From: Macrostomum lignano | Lineage: Eukaryota | Direction of reading: 5' to 3' | NCBI GenBank assembly: GCA_002269645.1 | Contig: NIVC01002028.1 | Coordinates: 50,886-114,885 of the forward strand | DNA length: 64,000 nucleotides | Shown here: positions 47,477-61,096 of the stretch, piece by piece | How the letters are laid out: each line of letters starts with the position of its first letter | Position numbering within the stretch: the stretch's first letter is position 1 | Translations under genes and position numbers: made by a program | The notes under the pieces: generated by a model | What the model was told of the DNA's origin: nothing | What the model saw: only the letters and a program-made list of their open reading frames with translations | The model's database searches: none

Positions 47477-50400
47477 AGAGGCAGATTCAAGAACACTGAG
47501 GGGAGCGGAGAGGCAGATTCAAGGACACTGAGGGGAGCGGAGAGCCACATTCAAGGACACTGAGGGGAGCGGAGAGCCACATTCAAGGACACTGAGGGGA
47601 GCGGAGAGCCACATTCAAGGACACTGAGGGGAGCCGAGAGGCAGATTCAAGGACACTGAGGGGAGCGGAGAGCCACATTCAAGGACACTGAGGGGAGCGG
47701 AGAGGCAGATTCAAGGACACTGAGGGGAGCGGAGAGGCAGGTTCAAGGACACTGAGGGGAGCCGAGAGGCAGATTCAAGGACACTGAGGGGAGCGGAGAG
47801 GCAGATTCAAGGACACTGAGGGGAGCGGAGAGGCAGATTCAAGGACACTGAGGGGAGCCGAGAGGCAGATTCAAGGACACTGAGGGGAGCGGAGAGGCAG
47901 GTTCAAGGACACTGAGGGGAGCGGAGAGGCAGGTTCAAGGACACTGAGGGGAGCGGAGAGCCACATTCAAGGACACTGAGGGGAGCGGAGAGGCAGATTC
48001 AAGGACACTGAGGGGAGCGGAGAGGCAGGTTCAAGGACACTGAGGGGAGCGGAGAGGCAGTTCAAGGACACTGAGGGGAGCGGAGAGGCAGATTCAAGGA
48101 CACTGAGGGGAGCGGAGAGGCAGATTCAAGGACACTGAGGGGAGCGGAGAGGCAGGTTCAAGGACACTGAGGGGAGCGGAGAGCCACATTCAAGGACACT
48201 GAGGGGAGCGGAGAGGCAGATTCAAGGACACTGAGGGGAGCGGAGAGGTAGATTCAAGGACACTGAGGGGAGCGGAGAGCCACATTCAAGGACACTGAGG
48301 GGAGCCGAGAGGCAGATTCAAGGACACTGAGGGGAGCGGAGAGGCAGATTCAAGGACACTGAGGGGAGCGGAGAGGCAGATTCAAGGACACTGAGGGGAG
48401 CGGAGAGCCACATTCAAGGACACTGAGGGGAGCGGAGAGCCACATTCAAGGACACTGAGGGGAGCGGAGAGGCAGATTCAAGGACACTGAGGGGAGCGGA
48501 GAGGCAGATTCAAGGACACTGAGGGGAGCGAGAGGCAGATTCAAGGACACTGAGGGGAGCGGAGAGGCAGGTTCAAGGACACTGAGGGGAGCGGAGAGGC
48601 AGGTTCAAGGACACTGAGGGGAGCGGAGAGCCACATTCAAGGACACTGAGGGGAGCGGAGAGGCAGATTCAAGGACACTGAGGGGAGCGGAGAGGCAGGT
48701 TCAAGGACACTGAGGGGAGCGGAGAGGCAGGTTCAAGGACACTGAGGGGAGCGGAGAGGCAGATTCAAGGACACTGAGGGGAGCGGAGAGGCAGATTCAA
48801 GGACACTGAGGGGAGCGGAGAGGCAGGTTCAAGGACACTGAGGGGAGCGGAGAGGCAGGTTCAAGGACACTGAGGGGAGCGGAGAGGCAGGTTCAAGGAC
48901 ACTGAGGGGAGCGGAGAGGCAGATTCAAGGACACTGAGGGGAGCGGAGAGGCAGATTCAAGGACACTGAGGGGAGCGGAGAGGCAGATTCAAGGACACTG
49001 AGGGGAGCGGAGAGCCACATTCAAGGACACTGAGGGGAGCGGAGAGGCAGGTTCAAGGACACTGAGGGGAGCGGAGAGGCAGATTCAAGGACACTGAGGG
49101 GAGCGGAGAGGCAGATTCAAGGACACTGAGGGGAGCGAGAGGCAGATTCAAGGACACTGAGGGGAGCGGAGAGGCAGGTTCAAGGACACTGAGGGGAGCG
49201 GAGAGGCAGGTTCAAGGACACTGAGGGGAGCGGAGAGGCAGATTCAAGGACACTGAGGGGAGCGGAGAGGCAGATTCAAGGACACTGAGGGGAGCGGAGA
49301 GGCAGGTTCAAGGACACTGAGGGGAGCGGAGAGGCAGGTTCAAGGACACTGAGGGGAGCGGAGAGGCAGATTCAAGGACACTGAGGGGAGCGGAGAGGCA
49401 GATTCAAGGACACTGAGGGGAGCGGAGAGGCAGGTTCAAGGACACTGAGGGAAGCGGAGAGGCAGGTTCAAGGACACTGAGGGGAGCGGAGAGGCAGGTT
49501 CAAGGACACTGAGGGGAGCGGAGAGGCAGATTCAAGGACACTGAGGGGAGCGGAGAGGCAGGTTCAAGGACACTGAGGGGAGCGGAGAGGCAGATTCAAG
49601 GACACTGAGGGGAGCGGAGAGGCAGATTCAAGGACACTGAGGGGAGCGGAGAGGCAGATTCAAGGACACTGAGGGGAGCGGAGAGCCACATTCAAGGACA
49701 CTGAGGGGAGCGGAGAGGCAGATTCAAGGACACTGAGGGGAGCGGAGAGGCAGGTTCAAGGACACTGAGGGAAGCGGAGAGGCAGGTTCAAGGACACTGA
49801 GGGGAGCGGAGAGGCAGGTTCAAGGACACTGAGGGGAGCGGAGAGGCAGATTCAAGGACACTGAGGGGAGCGGAGAGGCAGGTTCAAGGACACTGAGGGG
49901 AGCGGAGAGGCAGATTCAAGGACACTGAGGGGAGCGGAGAGGCAGATTCAAGGACACTGAGGGGAGCGGAGAGGCAGATTCAAGGACACTGAGGGGAGCG
50001 GAGAGCCACATTCAAGGACACTGAGGGGAGCGGAGAGGCAGATTCAAGGACACTGAGGGGAGCGGAGAGGCAGATTCAAGGACACTGAGCGGAGCGAGAG
50101 GCAGATTCAAGGACACTGAGGGGAGCGGAGAGGCAGGTTCAAGGACACTGAGGGGAGCGGAGAGGCAGGTTCAAGGACACTGAGGGGAGCGGAGAGGCAG
50201 ATTCAAGGACACTGAGGGGAGCGGAGAGGCAGATTCAAGGACACTGAGGGGAGCGGAGAGGCAGGTTCAAGGACACTGAGGGGAGCGGAGAGGCAGGTTC
50301 AAGGACACTGAGGGGAGCGGAGAGGCAGATTCAAGGACACTGAGGGGAGCGGAGAGCCACATTCAAGGACACTGAGGGGAGCGGAGAGGCAGGTTCAAGG

Positions 50401-50603
50401 ACACTGAGGGGAGCGGAGAGGCAGGTTCAAGGACACTGAGGGGAGCGGAGAGGCAGGTTCAAGGACACTGAGGGGAGCGGAGAGGCAGATTCAAGGACAC
50501 TGAGGGGAGCCGAGAGGCAGATTCAAGGACACTGAGGGGAGCGGAGAGGCAGGTTCAAGGACACTGAGGGGAGCGGAGAGGCAGGTTCAAGGACACTGAG
50601 GGG
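47477..50603. repeat. 32-bp satellite, unit 2 (about 3.1 kb)
   Basis: Same monomer as 32461-37592. Confidence 0.98.
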
Positions 50604-51113
50604 AAACCCGAGCCACTTCCAGATGCTCCTAGGCTCAATTGGCTTGGAAAATGCTATAATTTCGCACTTTAAAGTGTGAAATAATGACAAAATAGTGTCG
50701 AATAGTGACATCAGTTCCGGGCATACAATGCGCTTACACTAAGGCTGCGAGCTAATAGCAAAAAAAATAGTTTATAGACTTTTGCCTATTGATTTCCAGT
50801 CTTTTAACTTTAATCTACTTCAAGTAGTGTCTAAAGCTCCTTTAGCAACGAAGAAAGTCGGAAAAATCTGTTTGTTAAAAACGGTTACTGGTTTACAATA
50901 GAACATCGGCAGGTAGTGCGGTGTCCGCTGCCAGCTATAGACCAACTCCAAATCTAAAATAATTAGATGCAACGTTTCAAAACTACAAAATCAATAGATT
51001 ATACTATGACTGCACACACGGAAGCAAGGCAAAAACTTGCAATTTAGTTCTCAGCTCCTGTTGCAGACGATTGAGATGTGGCTGACGCTGCAGTTTCTCC
51101 ACGAATATCTGCA

Positions 51114-54100
51114 TCAGGTTGGAGTCGTCGCAGAAGGCGGCGCACACTGCGAGTTCCTGAAATCCTCACTCCAAGACACCTCCTGGATCCAGTGTCTAAC
51201 GCTTACGTCATCGGGTGTCAGCAGAAGTCTCAGACTCTGCAGCAGTGCGTCGAAATTGACATAGAAGACCGCATTTTGAGTGTAGCTGTCAACGTCAAAT
51301 GGAAAGTACTCTGCAATGACTTTAGGTAGAAATGGCAGCTCGGGGCGTTGATCAAATCGGAAGCAGAATTTCCATGCCGAGTCAACGCTAAGCAAATACT
51401 GCCACACGTCTTCCTCTGTTGCTTCAATTGCTAAGTTCTCCGCAGACCAGGTTATTCCTCTGCTCACGTTGTGCCGCCTACAGGCACTCAAAACCTTTTG
51501 TGCTCCATCTCTATCGTCGAACTTGAGACAGATCATCGCCCTAAGAGCCTCGCGAGCTGTCCGAGCGCAGTCCGGGAGCCTGTCAATCATTTGCATGAGC
51601 GTCTGTCGGGAATCTGGCGATTCGGATATCCGCTGCTGAGATAATTGAAGCAGTGACCATCCCACTACATCATAGATCTCGTGATACTCAAGCTCTGGGT
51701 TTTCTGTCTGAATGGATTGAAGTCTCAGTTCCGGTAGAATTTGAAAAGGGTGAAAGTAAAATACGCCCGATTCGTTGACCGGTCGAAGCGTTCTTTGAAA
51801 TTTCAGCAAGATCTGGGGCAGCTTTTCAATTACATCCCTCAAAACATTCGTAGCACTTTGAATTGTTTGTGTCATTGCACCGGAATGGCTCGGACCCAAG
51901 CCCTTCAAGTACAAACCAGCGTTGCACAGGAAAAAGTGCTCCATGATTCGACCATCCACATTGTCCACCGTGCAGTTTTGTCCGATGCTGTCAAGAAGCA
52001 TCTGCAGCGATCGTCTTATTAGACTCACGAAATTCTGCGGTCTCCATTCCTCAGCCGGCGTCTCCTCCAACATTCTGAAAGTGATTGTCTTTGCGTGATA
52101 TGCTTTTAGCCCCTCGAAATTGTAGCCGTCTTTGCGGCAAATTACTTTCTTAACCAAGTACTTCAGAGTGACGAATAGCTGGCCCTGTAACGTGCTGAGA
52201 CCTCTTAGCAGCAGTTTCTCCAGGAAAGTTGTGCTGACACGAAGCTGCTTTCCCGCTTGTCTAGGTGGTGCCGCGTGCACCACGTGACAGGGTGACTTGC
52301 TGAGCTCGCCTTGAAGTGTATTCAGAACGGACGGAGAAATATTTGAGCTAGAGATTCGATGCGTCAGCAGCGGAGCGATTGGCGGATAGCAGCAGACGCG
52401 GCATGCGTCAACTTCATCTACTGCAGGTCTCAATGGTGTGCCACTTGAGGCCTTTGCCGGATTGGTTGCTGTTTTAACGATAAAGATTATTAAATGTCTT
52501 ATAAGCTTTTATGAGATCATGCTTTCATATTGGAACTTTTTAACTGAACAATTGGATAACAAATTAGATTTAGTGAACTGTTTGGTACAATATGGTACTG
52601 GAGCAAAAGCACAGAGAGTCAGTCGCACAAACTGAATTATGTCTACTTGTGTGCTGATTAAAAAACTCTGGCCTGGTTATTACTTCCTGTGCATGCGAGT
52701 TGGTACGAGTACCATAAGCATTGCTTTCACAGATTGGGCCTACACTGCGGCTTTAAGCGTGAATCCAGACTGAGCATAGTCCTGTTATATGAAAAGACCT
52801 CCGCGATAATGCCCATGACGCCGAGACCCTTATGATATTCCAATTTAATAAACAGCTGCTTACCAAAGCCCCCAATTCGAATATGACCATCCTTGCAGTC
52901 GACCAGCTCCTTTTCTTTTCGATCGCAGCATTGGCAACTACCTCTGATGTGGTAGAGTCGACCCTGAAACAGCTTCATCACGTCAATGTCAGACTCCGCG
53001 TCCGTTCTCCCGTCCGCTTTGGTCAGGCTGTTGCCCCAGCCCTCTGAGTAGCTGCCGACAATATAGATCCCTGGGAATGAGTCTCTCCTGCTTCGCAAAA
53101 TTCCCTGCAATGCGTCGGCAACTGCAGCCTGCAAGGCGGCTCTGGCTTTAACAAATCCGGCTTTTGTAAGCGTCGATTGAAGCAGCAGACTGAGTTCCAA
53201 TTCACTCGGCATCGACCTGAAGAAAATATTTTATTTATTGCATTCTGACCACATACTACTCGTAGCGTTTCCATTCCCCACTTTCCGTCCCGTTCAGTCT
53301 ACTAATTTTGCTATTTGATTGTCTCTTTCATTTTATAAAGTTCATTTTTTGCATTAGTTGCTTTAATGCATCGGGCATCGTTTCATTCCTAAACTATAAA
53401 AAGGACAATGACGAGGAAGACAAAATTAACCGAGCTAAAAGATGAGCGAATGCATAGAGCGAGATAGAAAGACATAATTGAGCTTTTGGAAAAATACAGA
53501 TTAAAACCAGAGAGAAAAATGTCTAGAAGGAGAGAAATCATCGTACACTAAAAAGAGCACATTGTGCATAGATCACGCACAAGAGGGACAGAGGTTGGAG
53601 TTCTAGAACTGGAAATGTACACTTGCAACAGCAAACAGTGCGTATTCTCGGTCAGTTGGCGAAATGATCGTGTACAAAGTAAAATTGCAAATAGAGAACT
53701 TTCTTCAACAGCCTAATGAGAATTTTTTTATGTTGCTTTTAGTAGCTCCAGTGCTTCTTCCGCCCTAGTACGAGCGTAATGCCCACGCATGCATGTTGAC
53801 GGCAGCAATTACACTAAGCTGAAGCCGCGTAGCCAGCGAAACAACTAAATACTTCAACAAACCGCTTTGAGAAGCACTTCTAAATGCCATTTGGATTCGA
53901 AAATTAGGGGCTCTATTTCATTTTATGTACAACGTCGCTCTATTTTAATATAAAAACTCAAATTCGAACTCTTACTCTGACTCTGACAAAGCCGCACGAT
54001 CCTGATGAGTAAGTTGATGCTTAGCCTTTTCTGTCTCAGACTCAAGAAACGGTGATTCATATTGTGTCTGAATAGTTTGTTCCAGCAAGGCAGCAACTCG

Positions 54101-55870
54101 GTGATGTCCATTGACGCTTGCAATTAGAAGGGGAGTCTCACCAGTAACAGTTCTTGCTTCAACGTCAGCATGAGCTCTGACGAGGGACAACACCACGCCA
54201 TAGTGACCGTTCTGCGACGCGATGTAGATTGGCGTGCAGCCTTCGGAGTCTTTGACATTGACGTCAGCTTGAGCGTCTATGAGAGAGTCAACCAGCTCAT
54301 GGTAACCATTCTGTGACGCAATAAAGAGCGGAGACAGCCCCGTGTCAGTTTGCAGATTAACACTTGCTTGCGCTTTTAGGAGCAAACTAAACACAGCATG
54401 ACGGCCTAGTTGCGACGCAATGTAAATGGGCGAGCCGCCATTTATTTGCTGAATATCAACATCTGCTTGTGCTTTGAGAAGTGCAGCCACCACCTGGTGG
54501 AACCCTTTCTGTGAGGCAATGTACAAAGGCGACCCTCCAAGGTTGTCCTGTTGATTGATGTCAGCTTGCGCTTTGATGAGCAGGTCAATCACTTGATGAT
54601 GACCGTTGCAGGAGGCGATCAAAAGTGGGGACTCCCCAGATGCTCTCGGAGCGTCAACGTCTGCCTGTGCTTTGATAAGCGAGGCTACCACTCTCTGGTG
54701 TCCATTCTGACACGCAATATACATTGGCGAGGCCCCAAGACATGTTTGTTGGTTGACTTCCGCTTTCGATTTAATAAGCAGCTTGACAATGTCATTGTGT
54801 CCGTTCTGCGATGCGATATAGAGAGGCGAGTCACCTTTTCTGTTTCGAAAATTTACGTCTGCGTTCGCTTTGATAAGGCAGTCCACAATTTGACGGTGAC
54901 CGCGCAGAGAAGCAACGAAAAGAGGTGACTCGCCCGATTTGGTATGGCAATTGACGTCGGCTCCGGCTTGGATGAGTTGGCTCACCGTTTCAAGCCCGGG
55001 ATTGAAAGATGCAGCGTAAATAGGCGTCTCGCCCATTGTCGTTCCCAAATTCACATCGGCCATTGCTCCAATCAGCAGTTGCATAGTTTGACGGTGGCCA
55101 TTCTGAGAGGCCAAATATAGTGGCGATTCACCAGTACTCAGCTGAAGGTCAACTTCAGCTTGCGCTTTAATGAGTAGGGTCATTATTTCTCTGCGATCAA
55201 AGTACGAGGCGATAGATAGAGGTGTTGCCCCAGTGTTGGCTTGCAAGTTGACGTCTGCCTGCGCTTGCAGCAGCAACCGCGCTACTTTCAAGTGGCCATT
55301 CTGAACAGCGCTGTACAGTGGTGTGGCGCCTTCGTTAATCTGACAGTCAACGTTGACGTCCTGCTTGAGGAGCAATTCAACAACCCGGTGGTGACCTTTT
55401 TGCGACGCGATGTACAGCGGTGTCGCGCCATTTTTTATTGCGTGATTGACATCGGCTTTGGCGCTGATCAGCGATTTCACTGCCTTGTAATGATTAGCCT
55501 GAGCTGCAATGTAGAGCGCTGATGTGCCGGAATTTGTTACCAGATTTACGTTTGCTCTCGCTTCTACTAAAAGATCAACGACTTGATGATGGCCCTGCAT
55601 CGATGCCAGGTAGACTGGAGTTCGTCCGTCCTGATCCTGATAATTGACGTCGGCTTTCGATGCGATTAGCAGCTCAGTAACAGTCTCCTGTCCAGTGATG
55701 CAGGCAGCCTGCAGTGGCGAGAACGGGACACCGGATGCTGATATGAGCAGCTTGTCGGCCGTCATTCCTCTTGTCAAGAGATTCTCCACGAATGCCTTGT
55801 CTCCCTGTGCAATGGCAAGAATAATTTTCCGATCTGCTGGGAGATCCGAGCCACTTCCAGACGCCTGCAT
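51114..55870 (-). CDS. Ankyrin-repeat / Mab-21 (cGAS-like) fusion protein; complement(join(51114..52468,52864..53216,53976..55870)), about 1200 aa
   Basis: 17 ankyrin repeats (G-x-[TS]-P-L...GH...LL...ADVN). Donor TCAGA|GTAAGA (phase 2) and acceptor TTCTTCAG|G TCG ATG restore GAG TCG ATG in frame with the NTase exon. Exon lengths 1895+353+1355=3603 nt. A further 5' exon cannot be excluded. Confidence 0.78.
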
Positions 55871-56486
55871 TCTTTGGCTTTCAATCTTCTTTCGCAATGT
55901 CTACTAAGACGGCAGTAAAAGTTAAGGCAAAATTTGCTTAAAAAGGAAAGCTATTTCTGGTTAATAATTTTTTCTTTGAAGCAGCAAAATTTGGGCGTTT
56001 ATTAAAGCTTGAAATGTACAGCGTTATTGTACGTATTGGACGTACATACAGAATGTACAGAATTAGTGTATTTCACAAATATCCAGGCTATGCTACTGTC
56101 AGTAGAGAAGAATATTTTATTTTTTATTGTGTACGTCTTGGCTTTCAATAACCCAAATGATGAACGGAATCTAATTTCGAATATTTTTTACTCGAAGCAG
56201 AACCGAAATTCCCACTGCTCAATATCTGGCTAATGTTTCCTTAAAATTCTTTTTATCAATGTGTTTACTAACTTTTTACAGGGAAATTTCTGTGTTGCTT
56301 CAAATATGAATAGCGAGCCTGTTCTGGATTAAGAGTTCGAAAGGATACGACTCAGGTCTAACTCATAGCATACATGATGAAGCAACTTTATAAGTAAAGG
56401 GCCAATGAATATCAGTGAATATGATACAATGAGTTAGGAATGATTAAAAATAAGTTTAGAGCATGTAATGTGAGCTTAAGCAACCG

Positions 56487-59400
56487 TCAATAAGTTGCAT
56501 TCCTCCTGGCCCAGTCCGGAAAACCGTTGATGCCGAAAATTGCCGGCGCATAGCAGAGAGAGGCCCCGGCCGCCAAAGCGTTCGAGAGCAGCCACATGAT
56601 GCAGCCGGTGCGAAGCTGCAACGAATAAATTCACGATTGTTTTACCTTGCCATAGTTAATATATGGATGCTTTCAATGCAACAGAGACGCAGTGTTATCC
56701 AAAGCCTTACCATATCCCACGGCCGCAGGTAGCCCCTCGAATAGACCAGTATGTTTGCTGGTGTCGAGATCGGCAAAATGAATGCAAAAGAGCTGGAAGC
56801 GGCGCTAGACAGCATGAGCTGGAACGGGTGTCGCTGCAGTCGCTCGCTCTAAAACATTTCGGTGACTGAATGTCACTGAAAGTCACTGAAAGTCACTGAA
56901 TGTCACTGAATGTCACTGAATATTACTGAAAGTCACTGAAAGTCACTGAAAGTCACTGAAAGTCACTGAAAGTCACTGAAAGTCACTGAAAGTCACTGAA
57001 AGTCACTGAAAGTCACTGAAAGTCACTGAAAGTCACTGAAAGTCACTGAAAGTCACTGAAAGTCACTGAAAGTCACTGAAAGTCACTGAAAGTCACTGAA
57101 AGTCACTGAAAGTCACTGAAAGTCACTGAAAGTCACTGAAAGTCACTGAAAGTCACTGAAAGTCACTGAAAGTCACTGAATGTCACTGAATGTCATTGAG
57201 TGTCATTTAATGTCACTGAATGTCACTGAATGTCACTGAATATTACTGAAAGTCACTGAAAGTCACTGAATGTGGTTGATTATTGATAAATCGAGTTAAT
57301 AGCAAAAACCGAATCTCTAGGCGGACGCGGACTCACCAGACTGGCCAAGATGGGCAGCAGGATCGTGGCAGCTGTACCGTTAGAGGTCAACTCGGTGAGC
57401 AGGGCGGAGCACCAGCAGATGATGAAGATGAGAGCCGGGGCTGGCACGGACTTCAACGCAACCAGCTGGCTGCCGATCCAGTCGGACAGGCCGGACACCT
57501 GAGTAGTGCGGAAGATCGAGTATCGCTTGATTTGCGCATTTACTAGAGCACGGATCAGGTGAAACGCTGGGCCAAAGAAGGGGTGATTATACCATGGGAC
57601 TCAAACTTAAACTGTTTGCTTGTCGAGACATTATGAGGAGAAACATTTGCCATGTCAGTAAGTTCACAACTAGAGGCTTTACAAATGAACTCACTCTGGA
57701 CAGGTCGGCCAGTGCGAAGCCGGCACCCAGCATGAGTACAATCTGCCAGGCCACCCGCTTCTGCACCAGGTCCCAGCTCAGCAGCCGACTCGGCTTGGTA
57801 CGCCATTGCCGACAATCTTCTCCAGCTGCATCAGCATCGGCTTTAAATTCAAAGTCAGACTGCTGCTGACTGCAGTGCTCCACTGTCGTCTCATTGGAAA
57901 CTGGTTTTCTTCTTACAGCCTTGAACAGGTTCGCGAACGGATTCCGCGAGGGTAGCAGGAAGAGCAGCAAGACGGCCAGCACGGCCGGCTGCGCGTCACT
58001 CATCAGACTGACTGGTGCTTCATCCTCAGAATCCGAGGTTGGCGCTTTCATAAACAACGACGACCAACCCGGAGCTCCAGGCTGTCGCGAGATCCACAGG
58101 ATGATAGTGAGGCCAAAAATAGCCAGCACGCTTGCCTCAGCGTAGCTCAGCGGACCGAGCTGCTTGTACTGCCGCTGGAGAGCTGCGCGGGTCAGTCGAG
58201 CGTCGGCGATTGCGACCGAGTCGCCGGCTTTGGCCAAGCCGCTGAAATTGCAGTGTATGCGAAGTGATAAGGAAAAGCATCACAATTACATTACCAACAG
58301 CTAATGATAGTTGAAGTAATTATCAGCCCGGCAAAAGTAGCCTAATCGAAAAAAATGCATTTTTTATTTTTTGCGCAGCTTGGGCCCCAAAAGTAAAAGT
58401 AAAATTAAACGCTGCGATGTTCCTTAAGTGTCTACAAGACCAAAGAATTCCGCATTTGTAGCGACCAATAACAGGAGAGCCTTACGTCTAATCTTGCCAA
58501 AAACTCACTTTTAGTTTTGCCTGCGTTTTACACGCTTTCCTAGAAGAAAACCTAAAATTCCTTGGGTTCTGGACACGTTTTTAAACTATTTTGGTATTAA
58601 ATTTTTGAATGGCTTTTCTATGCAAAACCTATGATTAAGGTTGCTTGCTATAGTTTCAAAATTTTTCCCAATTTAAGAGATCCTACTTACAATTCCTACC
58701 CAAGATGCTAAATATCTTGTACCGACGTGTCTGATAGTATCATATGTCTGCTTTCTCAGTACGGCGATCGCTTAAACCACTTAAAAGACAGTTAGACGTT
58801 AAACGGATAAGGATGCAGAATTATATTGCTGGGAGGAGTTTGGAGTACATGTGTTGATTGTTGCTGATTATGAAGAGAGCCATGGAAGACTCGTGACTAT
58901 AAATTACTTTCAATTACGAGATGAATATCTTTACATCATGTCTACGTATAATCAAAGTTTGAGTCTGTATGATCCTTATGATAAAGGATTTTTGAGATTG
59001 AGTCTCACAGATTAACAATCATCATCTGGTCTGGTTCGTCTAGCTTCCAGTTTCTTTGATAACGCGTTAAAATAAATATCGGATTCCAACTGAGTGGCTA
59101 TAAACTATTAATACTAGGATTTAAACCTGCTGAATTAAAATCCAGATTTAGAAGAGAAGGCTCAATTTTGATAATACGTAAGACACGTAAAAGAGGCACA
59201 AAAGTCGTCCTTCTCTCACCGAAAGCCAAGAAAGCTGATCTGAAGCCAGACCCAGGTCAGCAAAAGGCCTACGGCGCCCAATGGCAAGGCAAACAGCATC
59301 CAACTGCAGTAGTTGAGCCCCGTGTTGGATCCGTAGTACTCTTGAACAATCCCATTCAAGATAACGTTCGGAGCCGTTCCCGTCAGAGTGACGACGCCAC

Positions 59401-60541
59401 CAAAAACAGAACCGTAGGAGACGCCCAGCAGCAGCATCCGGCACGTGCTAGCAAACTCTGCGTTGCTCTCCTCAGCCAGGTATTCTTTCAAAGGCATCGG
59501 ACGGATTATTCCATCGTTATTATCGTCATTGTCGTCTTCGATAGAGTCTTTCTTTGGATCCTCATCTTCCACATCGTCTGGTGGCAGCGGTGGGATTTGT
59601 ATTTTCACCGCTGGGCTTGACAGATCACCGTCAGGATTCTCTCCGGAGTTTTCATCAGAAACGGTGGATACGGAGGATGAAAGGACACTGGGTGCTGTTT
59701 CTGACACCACCGACTCTTTGCGACGTTTTTGCCGCATATGCTGACACCGCAGCTCGGATAGCACAGCTTCCACAATAGGCAGCATCATAGCTACCGTGGC
59801 CGTGTTCGAGATCCACATCGAAAGAACCCAGGCCGGAGCAAGCAGTCCGAAGAGGAGCCTGGAGTATGCGAATTATGCTCAAGCTTGTTCAAAACAGCCA
59901 TGTTTTAAAATACATCCCTTATCACATACGAGCAAGTACTGTAGGTGCTTACCACCTGGGCTGGACGCCGCAGAGTAAAAGAACTTTCAAGGCAATCCTC
60001 TTGTGCAAATCCCAGGCCTCGATGGATACAGCCATAATTAGACCGCCGAGAAAAAGCATATTCGAGTCCTGCAAAATGTGTGCACAAGTTGCTCTTCAAT
60101 GGGTACCTTGGATTACCTTAAACTCTTGAAGTTGAATAATGTGTTATTTAAACAAAAACTTACCTTGAAGTAGCTGGGACATATTTCACTACTGGACATA
60201 ATGCCGAGCAGAGGTGACAGCACCACAGGCAGCAAGGCGGTCACTCCTAGAGGGACCACTTCAAAGTTCCAGTAGAATGACATTAGTAGAATGATGTAGG
60301 CTGCCTTGGATACCTGTTGGATAAACAGGTTGATAGCAATTTAAAGCATATTGCAGCACAACCCAATCGGTCTAAAGCTTGATTCACTTACCAGACTGTC
60401 AAAGCAAAGAAGCAACGGAAGCAAAGCCAGCGGCACAAGGATCAGCACCACAGTCGCCCGATGCTTCAGCAACAGCTTGCCAAATCCTCGGAGCAGTTCG
60501 ACAACTCTGAGGAAAACTGCGATTGCTTGCGAGCTATTCAT
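56487..60541 (-). CDS. SLC13-family Na+/dicarboxylate-citrate-sulfate cotransporter (INDY-like); 8 exons: 60541..60392, 60313..60164, 60068..59953, 59858..59220, 58241..57695, 57498..57337, 56848..56711, 56615..56487; about 676 aa
   Basis: Motifs VTALLP, LFLGG, SMWISNT, TGTAPN (SNT-P motif 1), [23 protein letters not shown]. All introns are GT-AG with consistent phases; total 2031 nt. Confidence 0.92.
56862..57272. repeat. 10-bp tandem repeat (AGTCACTGAA)n in an SLC13 intron
   Basis: About 40 units. Confidence 0.97.
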
Positions 60542-61096
60542 GATGAAGGGAGTCTGATGATAAGTTTCTTGATTGTTCATCCCACCGACTGGCTTATATT
60601 TATAGCCCAGAAATGCTGCTCAGACCCATTTCACATTAAATTCCTTGGCTACTCTATCGACTCGCCAGCTAAAAAAAGAAGAAATTAAGAGAAAGGGTAA
60701 TCTCAGGACATGGTGACTGAGACTCACGCATTTGTTTTCCGGCCGACAATGACTGTGCTGCCTCATTTTCAGAAAATAAGAGAACAGTGTAGCCAAGCGG
60801 AAAATACATTAAGTTTGTATGCTTACAATGTTTGATTGAGTATAGTTTTGAAGCAATTTTTTTTTCTCATTGACTTGTGCATCCAATGCATCGAGTTACA
60901 AAGTGCAGACTGCATGTCACTTTGCGGAGTCAGTTTACACATTGAACTCCTTAAAATGCTTGATTTTCAGTTCATTTGGTTGAGAAATATTGATTTTTCA
61001 TTGCCTAGCTTCACTTAGTGTCTCGGGTTTTTTTAACCTTTAATTCTTCAAGATGATTTATTCAGGCTAAATTGCAAGATATGAATGTTATTTGCC

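Larger units (their letters stand above)
19101..55861. repeat. Three-unit tandem segmental duplication (units start 19101, 37613, 50624)
   Basis: The same ORF set recurs at offsets 18154 and 13011. Unit start TGCTCCTAGGCTCAATTGGC. Units 1 and 2 continue into the peptide gene and satellites; unit 3 continues into the intact ankyrin exon. Confidence 0.93.

Noticed and set aside
54551-55907. Plus-strand ORFs opposite the ankyrin exon, and similar short antisense ORFs over the other genes
   Set aside because: Shadow ORFs of real coding sequence with no independent features.
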